From assembly GCA_021513695.1 (NCBI GenBank), contig CP084166.1, positions 1,920,001 to 1,984,000 of the forward strand: a stretch of DNA of 64,000 nucleotides, read 5' to 3'. This DNA is from Candidatus Heimdallarchaeum aukensis (GTDB lineage: Archaea; Asgardarchaeota; Heimdallarchaeia; Heimdallarchaeales; Heimdallarchaeaceae). The notes below the pieces were generated by a model that had not been told where the DNA came from, made no database searches, and was given only the letters and a program-made list of their open reading frames with translations. Below are positions 11,325 through 18,715 of the stretch, piece by piece. Numbering within the stretch: position 1 is the first letter of the stretch; each line of letters starts with the position of its first letter. The translations under genes were made by a program, and so were the position numbers.

Positions 11325-12152
11325 ATGTTTCATATTAGGGTTACAAGGTTTAATATTTTTAAACAAAGGTTTTTTATACCTAAACAAATATTAATTATTA
11401 GAACATCTTATATTTTAAGCGTGCACACAATGGATTTTGAAGATTCAATTGAAATATGTATGAAAGTAGATAACATTAATTCAGAAATAGATGTTAATAT
11501 ATCAGAAGAAGAAAAAGATAGGATATATTTAGAGGTAATTCAATGGTTGAATGACAATCCAATTCGTTCGTTAAGTTCTGTAAGCGATTTTATGCAACTC
11601 TTGGAAAGTTTATTATGCTTGGAGATTAAAGAAGATGGAAGACTTATATTAAGTACTTCTGCTTACAGTGATCAACAGTTAAGTGAAGGACTTAAGAGAA
11701 ATAAGGATTTCTTTAATAATTTAATTAAGGAATTTCAAAATAATATTGATAAAGAAATAAATAGAGAGTATGAAAACGAAACAGAAGAGGTTCTATTATT
11801 ACGTTTTCTTAATACAGAAGAACAGATTATTGAGGGAATAAATGAAGTATCAAAAGCATTGACAAAATTCTCTTTCAACAGAAAAAGACGTAGATTTACA
11901 AGAATATTAATTGAAGCATTATTTGAATTTTTAGATAGTATTATTCTAATATTCATAAGATGGATTGAAATAAGTGCTAATAGAAACACAAAGAGAGAAA
12001 ATTTGTCTTTAGAATTATTAGAATGGGATATAAACACGTTTAAATCGACCATCTATAATATAAATAGAATTGCACAATTATCTCAAACAAGTATCGAAGA
12101 AGAAGGAAATAAAAATTTAGCAAAGGTCTTTATAGAAATTTTACAACAGTAG
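11325..12152 (+). CDS. hypothetical protein (the true start may be the ATG at 11430)
   Basis: Open frame with protein-like composition. The first 35 codons read like an AT-rich promoter. First gene of the island. Confidence 0.4.
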   Translation: MFHIRVTRFNIFKQRFFIPKQILIIRTSYILSVHTMDFEDSIEICMKVDNINSEIDVNISEEEKDRIYLEVIQWLNDNPIRSLSSVSDFMQLLESLLCLEIKEDGRLILSTSAYSDQQLSEGLKRNKDFFNNLIKEFQNNIDKEINREYENETEEVLLLRFLNTEEQIIEGINEVSKALTKFSFNRKRRRFTRILIEALFEFLDSIILIFIRWIEISANRNTKRENLSLELLEWDINTFKSTIYNINRIAQLSQTSIEEEGNKNLAKVFIEILQQ

Positions 12153-12162
12153 GAGGTTTTTC

Positions 12163-12948
12163 ATGTCTTTAATTTCAATTGGACATGATACATGTATTCT
12201 TTTAGCATACATATATGATGATGGAATTAGAGATGAATTTGAAAATTATCTTGAAATAAGTAATAATATTAACAATAGAAGTTATTCAAAATATTATCAC
12301 TTACTTCTAAAGTCAGTCGTTGATGAGATTAGTGCGGTGATAGGATCTCGTTTAGGTAATATAATTAAAGAAATGTCAAAAAAATTACAAGAAATAATAC
12401 CTGAAAGAACTACATCTTTATCAATGAAACAATTAAGCGAATTCCTTGAATATATGGAAGATCTAGAAACGATTTATCCAAAAGATGCTGGATTAATTAG
12501 ATATATTAAAAGAAATATGTTAGACAAGAAAAAAAATTACTCTTCTTTAATTGATACAGCTTCAAGAAGGAAAAAATTTTCAGAAATGATAAGTCTAAAG
12601 AATAGGTTCGATATTAATTACTTTTCATCACTTTTTGGAACCTACTTTAAATACTATGATCCAACTGATAAGCTAAGAGATACTGAAATTAAGGAAGATT
12701 TTGAAGAGATAATGAAGAAAATCTTTAAAGGTGCAAGAACAAAAAGAAATACTTATGATAAAATTCACATTTACTCATGTTGCGCTTTTATACGGGAAAA
12801 TAGAAATGATAATCTAAAGTTTACGACCTCTGATCAAATACTACTTGAAAACTCTAGATTATTAGAAAAATATTTTGAGATAGTAGATATGCAATCGTTG
12901 GTAAGATTACTTTACACCCACATGGATTCTCTTCCAGAATCTGTTTGA
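12163..12948 (+). CDS. hypothetical protein
   Basis: 261 aa, preceded by a perfect SD, aggaggtttttcATG. I recognise no family. Confidence 0.5.
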   Translation: MSLISIGHDTCILLAYIYDDGIRDEFENYLEISNNINNRSYSKYYHLLLKSVVDEISAVIGSRLGNIIKEMSKKLQEIIPERTTSLSMKQLSEFLEYMEDLETIYPKDAGLIRYIKRNMLDKKKNYSSLIDTASRRKKFSEMISLKNRFDINYFSSLFGTYFKYYDPTDKLRDTEIKEDFEEIMKKIFKGARTKRNTYDKIHIYSCCAFIRENRNDNLKFTTSDQILLENSRLLEKYFEIVDMQSLVRLLYTHMDSLPESV

Positions 12949-13025
12949 CCTAGTTAATATTTTTCATTTTCTTTGATTTTTATACCGTTTACCGTTCTCT
13001 TTAAACCCATGAAGTATGGTTTCTT

Positions 13026-13301
13026 ATGGCAGATAGATGGAAAGATAACCAAGATAACATTTTTGAGCAATTTTTTCTAAAATATTTTGAATTTAGAAAA
13101 AATAGTAATAATAAACAAAATGATGCATTAAATGAAATTTTAGAGTATATTAAACAAAAAGAAAAATCCAGATATTGGGATTTATATTGCTTTCTTCAGT
13201 CAACTCCTGTGAGAAAAGAATCCCCTTATGTTCGCAAGTTTTCAACAAAGCCATTAAATAAAAGATGGCTAATTTATAAATGGAAAAGCTTTTTTTATTA
13301 A
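13026..13301 (+). pseudogene. gene fragment paralogous to an internal segment of the downstream NACHT-LRR gene
   Basis: ADRWKDNQDNIFEQFFLKYFEFRKN...ILEYI compared with IADKWKDSKENNFEKFIIKCLEFRRD...ILDYI. The 17-nt string gaagtatggtttcttat is identical at 13008 and 14986. Confidence 0.55.
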
Positions 13302-13345
13302 TAGCGTAAAAACTAATCTTGTTTTAAAGAAAGGAGTAAAAAACT

Positions 13346-16300
13346 ATGCCTAATAAGAAAAGAATCTTCGTATTTTTTATTATTCTGTTAGTACTTTCTT
13401 TCCTTGTTGGAGCACTACCTGCTTTAGTTTCAGAAGGAATCTTTCATTTAAATAGTACGTTAGTTATCATTCTTGCATTATTAAGCCCAATACTAAGCCC
13501 CTTTATTGAGCTTATTTACAGTAATATTGCAAATATAGTTAAAAAGGCCAACTATAACAGAAAAAGAATCGTTTCAATCTTAGAAGAAAATTATCGCAAT
13601 TTTATTCAACATTTAATTATTCCTTCTGCGAGAGGAAACACAGTTAATGAACTTTTACCTCTCCATTCAATAGAACGAAGAATTATGAGCGTTGAAGATT
13701 TGGAAAAATATGTCGAAAGGGGTGAGAAGAACGTTGATTCTTTTCCTTTTACACAAATTGTAGAAGAATTAAAAGGTTCACCTCCAAGATCACTCTCTTC
13801 TAGCCCCCTAAAATATATTATTACGGGAATCTTGAGAAAAAGAAAAAAAATAAAGAACGAGGGAAAAAGACTTCTCAAATATATTATTACAGGAATTCCC
13901 GGAGTAGGGAAGACTAGTTGTTCTTTTCAACTTGCCCTAAAACAGTTAGAAGCTTTCAATAACAAAGAATCAAATTATCTTCCTCTTTGGTTTGATATAG
14001 GTGAAAGAACTGGAAGAAAACAGCTAGGAAATGGTTTGAAATCATTACGTGATATACTTAAGGATTGTAGTACTCAGGTGTCAAAAGAAGAACAACTTAA
14101 AACCTATCTTGCTTTTCTTGAAGGTAAATCTGTTGATAATGTAGAATTACGTCTTTCTGATGATGATTTTGAAATCTTCTGGATTCTCGATGGATGGAAT
14201 GAAAACCCCATAAATGATATGATTACTTGGTTAAGCAATAGAGATACCATAACTATCTTTTCTAGAATGGGAGGAGAACCTTTAGGCTCATCTTCAATTT
14301 CTTTTGATAAATATACTCTTAGACCTTTTACTGTTCAAGATTCCATCTCTTTTCTAACTCAGTTTAATCATGTCCCTGAAAAATGTGCACGTATTATCGC
14401 TAGTTCACTAGATGAACATTATGGTGAAGAATTTCTTATTCCTTTCTTTCTAAATATTATAGTTTATAACTTATCAATACAAGGGATCAATGATACGGTT
14501 CAAACAATAAATTACTTCAACATCGAGCAGACTACTAAATTTAGTTTTTTAAAAGATTTTTTCTACTCTATACTCGAACGTGATTTTTCAAGTATAAATG
14601 CTCAACGTAAACTTAATGATCGACTAAAAAGACAAATTCTCTCTTGGTTCTCTCAAATTCTCTATTTTATAGTGAAAAAAAACTCTAATGTCCCTTCAAG
14701 GATGATTTTCAGAGAGGAAGATTTGCAAGACGCAATAGATAACGTACGTCCTCCAGAAATTGTGAGAACTGATCCTTTAGAAGTATTGACTGATTTATTA
14801 TTTATAGAAAAAGTACAAGATAACAGAGGGGAACGGACTATTTCTTATAGTTTAGTCCATGAACTATATTTAGACTTTTTTCTAGCTTATGCTATTAGTT
14901 CCTTTTGGGAAAAAAAAGAGAATGAGCCTAAATTTGATAACGATGGTCGAATGTATCTTCAGTGGATGGATAATGAATCTTTCGATGAAGTATGGTTTCT
15001 TATTGCTGATAAATGGAAAGATAGCAAAGAGAATAATTTTGAGAAATTTATTATAAAATGTCTTGAATTTAGAAGAGACAAGAAAGACAATCAAGATCTT
15101 ACACTACAACACATTTTAGACTATATTAGAAATAGAGTACTTTCCTATTCTTTTTTACATCCTAATAAACGAAGTATCTCTTCTCATCATAACATATGTT
15201 TATCTTTAAGACTTTTTCCTGGTGGAATTAAAGAATTAGATTTGAGTGAAACAAAAGTTACAGACATTAGTGCTCTTGTGCACTGCACAAATCTACGATA
15301 CTTAGATTTAAGTGGAACAAAAGTTACAGACATTAGTGCTCTTGTGCACTGCACAAATCTACAATACTTAGATTTAAGTGGAACAGACGTTCAAGACATT
15401 AGTCCTCTTTCGCACTGTCCGAATCTACAAAAAATATATTTAAGTGGAACAGATGTTCAAGACATTCGTCCTCTTTCAAGTTGTCCAAATCTACAAGTGC
15501 TGTATTTACTTGGAACACACGTTCAAGACATTAGTCCTCTTTCAAGTTGTCCAAATCTACAAGTGCTGTATTTACTTGGAACACACGTTCAAGACATTCG
15601 TCCTCTTTCAAGTTGTCCAAATCTACAAGTGCTGTATTTACTTGGAACACACGTTCAAGACATTCGTCCTCTTTCAAGTTGTCCAAATTTACAGAGATTA
15701 CGTTTAAGTGGAACAAAAGTTACAGACATTAGTGTTCTTAAAAACTGTCCGAATCTACAAGAATTAGATTTAAGCGATACAGACGTTCAAGACATTAGTC
15801 CTCTTTCAAGTTGTCTAAATCTACAAGAACTGTACTTACTTGCAACACACGTTCAAGACATTAATCCTCTTTCGCACTGTCCGAAACTACAAGTATTAGA
15901 TTTAAGGGGTACACACGTTCAAGACATTAATCCTCTTTCGCACTGTCCGAAACTACAAGTATTAGATTTACATGGAACAAAAGTTACAGACATTAGTGTT
16001 CTTAAAAACTGTCCGAATCTACAAGAATTAGATTTAAGTGGAACAAAAGTTACAGACATTAATCCTCTTTCAAGTTGTCTAAATCTACAAGCACTGTATT
16101 TAAGTGATACAGACGTTACAGACCTTAATCCTCTTTCAAGTTGTCTAAATCTACAAGCACTGTATTTAAGTGATACAGACGTTACAGACCTTAATCCTCT
16201 TTCAAGTTGTCTAAATCTACAAGCACTGTATTTAAGTGATACAGACGTTACAGACCTTAATCCTCTTTCGCACTGTCCGAAACTACAAGTATTAGATTTA

Positions 16301-16861
16301 CATGGAACAAAAGTTACAGACCTTAATCCTCTTTCAAGTTGTCCGAAACTACAAGTATTAGATTTACATGGAACAGACGTTCAAGACATTAGTCCTCTTG
16401 TAAGCTTACCCCATCTACAATACTTAGTTTTACGTGGAACAGACGTTCAAGACCTTAATCCTCTTTCGCACTGTCCGAAACTACAAGTATTAGATTTACA
16501 TGGAACAGACGTTCAAGACATTAGTCCTCTTGTAAGCTTGCCCCATCTACAATACTTAGATTTAAGTGGAACAGACGTTCACGATATTAGTGCTCTTTCA
16601 AGTTGTCCAAATTTACAGAGATTACGTTTAAGTGAAACAAAAGTTACAGACATTAGTGTTCTTGAAAACTGTCCAAATCTACAAGAATTAGTTTTACGTG
16701 GAATAGAAGGTGAATTTAATATTTCTCCTATCATTCGGCATAGACAATTATTAAATCTTGATTTTGATTCTTCACTACAGTTGCTTTGTCCTCGAGACCT
16801 TCAGGATAGTATTGAAGCTCCTGCTCTTCTCAAGATAAAAGATCAAATACAATTTTTCTAA
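13346..16861 (+). CDS. membrane-anchored NACHT/STAND NTPase with C-terminal leucine-rich repeats (NLR-like protein)
   Basis: Two N-terminal hydrophobic helices. Walker A GIPGVGKTS at about 13892..13918. NACHT-type Walker B FWILDGWNE. Helical middle region. About 22 tandem 22-aa repeats of the form LxxCxNLQxLxLxGTxVxDIxPL. Confidence 0.8.
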   Translation: MPNKKRIFVFFIILLVLSFLVGALPALVSEGIFHLNSTLVIILALLSPILSPFIELIYSNIANIVKKANYNRKRIVSILEENYRNFIQHLIIPSARGNTVNELLPLHSIERRIMSVEDLEKYVERGEKNVDSFPFTQIVEELKGSPPRSLSSSPLKYIITGILRKRKKIKNEGKRLLKYIITGIPGVGKTSCSFQLALKQLEAFNNKESNYLPLWFDIGERTGRKQLGNGLKSLRDILKDCSTQVSKEEQLKTYLAFLEGKSVDNVELRLSDDDFEIFWILDGWNENPINDMITWLSNRDTITIFSRMGGEPLGSSSISFDKYTLRPFTVQDSISFLTQFNHVPEKCARIIASSLDEHYGEEFLIPFFLNIIVYNLSIQGINDTVQTINYFNIEQTTKFSFLKDFFYSILERDFSSINAQRKLNDRLKRQILSWFSQILYFIVKKNSNVPSRMIFREEDLQDAIDNVRPPEIVRTDPLEVLTDLLFIEKVQDNRGERTISYSLVHELYLDFFLAYAISSFWEKKENEPKFDNDGRMYLQWMDNESFDEVWFLIADKWKDSKENNFEKFIIKCLEFRRDKKDNQDLTLQHILDYIRNRVLSYSFLHPNKRSISSHHNICLSLRLFPGGIKELDLSETKVTDISALVHCTNLRYLDLSGTKVTDISALVHCTNLQYLDLSGTDVQDISPLSHCPNLQKIYLSGTDVQDIRPLSSCPNLQVLYLLGTHVQDISPLSSCPNLQVLYLLGTHVQDIRPLSSCPNLQVLYLLGTHVQDIRPLSSCPNLQRLRLSGTKVTDISVLKNCPNLQELDLSDTDVQDISPLSSCLNLQELYLLATHVQDINPLSHCPKLQVLDLRGTHVQDINPLSHCPKLQVLDLHGTKVTDISVLKNCPNLQELDLSGTKVTDINPLSSCLNLQALYLSDTDVTDLNPLSSCLNLQALYLSDTDVTDLNPLSSCLNLQALYLSDTDVTDLNPLSHCPKLQVLDLHGTKVTDLNPLSSCPKLQVLDLHGTDVQDISPLVSLPHLQYLVLRGTDVQDLNPLSHCPKLQVLDLHGTDVQDISPLVSLPHLQYLDLSGTDVHDISALSSCPNLQRLRLSETKVTDISVLENCPNLQELVLRGIEGEFNISPIIRHRQLLNLDFDSSLQLLCPRDLQDSIEAPALLKIKDQIQFF
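15221..16710 (+). repeat. 66-bp tandem repeat array (about 22 units, several adjacent units nearly identical) encoding the LRRs
   Basis: For example, the units at 15469..15534, 15535..15600 and 15601..15666 are near-identical at the nucleotide level. Alternative-frame ORFs in the track repeat the same peptide. Confidence 0.9.
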
Positions 16862-17159
16862 ATTGTTGTATATTAGTTTTTTCTTTTTAGAACACCTATC
16901 TTTCTGAAAAAAATCTATTGTTCAGTTATAGCCATAAATCTTTTTTTATGATTGTAAATTTGAATCTATCTTACACAAAAGATCTACCTGTTAACATCCC
17001 TTATTATTTTAGGTAAGATTCTATCCCTCTTTCATGATACAGTTCTAGATATACTGAATTATCTACAAACTGTCAAAGAGCAATACAACATAACAGTGGT
17101 TACTCTTGCTTTTTAGAAATCTCCCTTCATTAGGAGAAAGGAAAAAAACACGATATTGT

Positions 17160-17289
17160 CCTGCGGATGGATCACCTCCTAAGTTTGGGGGGCCTCAGGC
17201 CCCTCCCTATTATTCTTTTTACTCTCTGTTTTTCATTGCTTGGAGTTCTTGTTATCATTGGACTTTTTTATTTGTCTCAATTTTTCTTT
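17160..17289 (+). repeat. direct repeat copy 2 (last 20 nt of 16S + GC hairpin + processing-stem 3' arm) without an upstream 16S gene
   Basis: Identity with 10511..10644 begins exactly at cctgcggatggatcacctcct. Confidence 0.9.
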
Positions 17290-17496
17290 CTTTCATGTTC
17301 TAACACTTTTAGTCGTGTTTCCACCAAAATCCCTTTTCAACTTTCTAAATTTTTTATTCTCGCTCCCATTCTTCTCCATTTTTCTCCATTTTTCTTTTTT
17401 TTTCTAACTAACCTTTTTCTCCCTCTTCCTTTCTTTCTCTCTCCTTCCCCTTTCTTTTTTGGATAAATTTATGTACTTTTTTTCTCTCTTTTCTGT

Positions 17497-18117
17497 ATGT
17501 TTCTTTCTCCTGACCTTTCTTACCTTGTTGGTGCCTTACGTGACGGTTCTGTTTACTATTATTCTCGGAATAGGTCTTACTATACTCTTTTTTATCAAAA
17601 GTATCGTTCTTGGCTTGTTCACTCTATTGGTAAGCGTATAACTAGATTATTTGGTTTAAACTATTCTATTGACGAATATAAGCGCGGTCATTATCGTCTT
17701 CGCATTTCAAGCAAGCGCTTGTATTCTCTCTGGATTGACCAATTTGGTTTTCCTCGTGAGGGTGAGACTCAGTTACACTGGGATGTTCCTCGTCTTATTT
17801 TAGATAGCGATCTTCTTACTCAGTCTTACTTTCTCCGAGCTTTTTTTGACACTGAGGGTGATGTTTCTCCTTCATCTAGTTCTACTTATTATCTTGGTTT
17901 AAGTCAAAAGAATACTACTGTTTTATATCAACTTAAATCTCTTCTTTCTTCTTTCGATATTAAAACTTCCTCCATTCATTTAGCTGATAAAAAGTCTAAT
18001 ACTTACAGGTTTAGTATTGTTGGCAAGGAAGAAATTTTCAAATTTAGGGACAAGATAGGTTCTGAGCACCCTGTTAAGAAAGAAAAAATTGACCAAATTC
18101 TTCTTTCCAGCGACTAA
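17497..18117 (+). CDS. free-standing LAGLIDADG homing endonuclease (two-motif)
   Basis: Motif 1 LSYLVGALRDGSV and motif 2 YFLRAFFDTEGDVS. 206 aa. Strongly T-rich codon usage (tct, ctt, cgt, ttt) unlike neighbouring genes. Confidence 0.75.
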   Translation: MFLSPDLSYLVGALRDGSVYYYSRNRSYYTLFYQKYRSWLVHSIGKRITRLFGLNYSIDEYKRGHYRLRISSKRLYSLWIDQFGFPREGETQLHWDVPRLILDSDLLTQSYFLRAFFDTEGDVSPSSSSTYYLGLSQKNTTVLYQLKSLLSSFDIKTSSIHLADKKSNTYRFSIVGKEEIFKFRDKIGSEHPVKKEKIDQILLSSD

Positions 18118-18619
18118 ATTATTATTTTTTAATTATCAAGAGCATTAAGGGTTTATTCAGCTTATTTTTGTCTCTTTAGATATGGATTAGCTTTTTCTTT
18201 CTTAGATGGAAGTTGTTTGTTTATAGAATTGCCTTTCCTCCTTCCTTCTCTTTCTTATCCTTTCTTATTTTCTCTTTATTCCTCTTTATTAAGTTTCAAA
18301 TACATATTCATTGTTAGTTTATTCTTTCTAGCCTAATTTATTCATTTTTAGATCCATACCTTTCCTTTTTAGTTAACTTTCTTTTTAGCTATCATATTAC
18401 AGCTATCACTATCAATAATGCTATCGACTATCACTATCAAAGGGAGTGATAACATTAAGAAAATAAAGATAAAGTGAATGAAAAGAAAGGAAAAAATAAG
18501 TAAAAGCAGAAAAAGTAAAAAACGGACATAAGGTAAAAAAAATAGAAGAGTAAGACTTAAGTCAAATACAAAAAAGTTTAAGATAGAATTGTAAAAAAGA
18601 GAATCAAAAGGAAAAATAA

Positions 18620-18715
18620 GACCCTGTAGCTCAGCAGGATAGAGCGCTGGCCTTCTAATCTCAGTTGAGAGAAGCTAGTCAGCGGTCGACGGTTCGAATC
18701 CGCCCAGGGTCGCCA
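18620..18715 (+). tRNA. tRNA-Arg (anticodon TCT) with a 19-nt intron after the anticodon loop (about 18659..18677), CCA encoded
   Basis: Acceptor stem gaccctg/cagggtc; D stem gctc/gagc; anticodon stem ctggc/gtcag with loop cttctaa; T loop ttcgaat. One A-C mismatch in the T stem lowers confidence. Confidence 0.55.

Noticed and set aside
15444-15732. ORFs 15444..15707(+), 15531..15716(-) and 15547..15732(+)
   Set aside because: They are alternative-frame readings of the 66-bp LRR tandem repeats inside the NLR-like gene. Their internally repeated peptides confirm the repeat but are not genes.
17290-17330. Possible second inverted pseudo-16S fragment after repeat copy 2 (ttttagtcgtgtttcc versus aaaagtcgtaacaagg)
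   Set aside because: Only the central agtcgt matches in the same orientation. The flanks are neither copy nor complement, so this is probably coincidence in low-complexity sequence.
17106-17641. ORFs 17106..17303, 17167..17466 and 17459..17641
   Set aside because: They mirror the artefact ORFs of direct-repeat copy 1 and run through CT-rich low-complexity sequence. The real gene starts at about 17497 in another frame.
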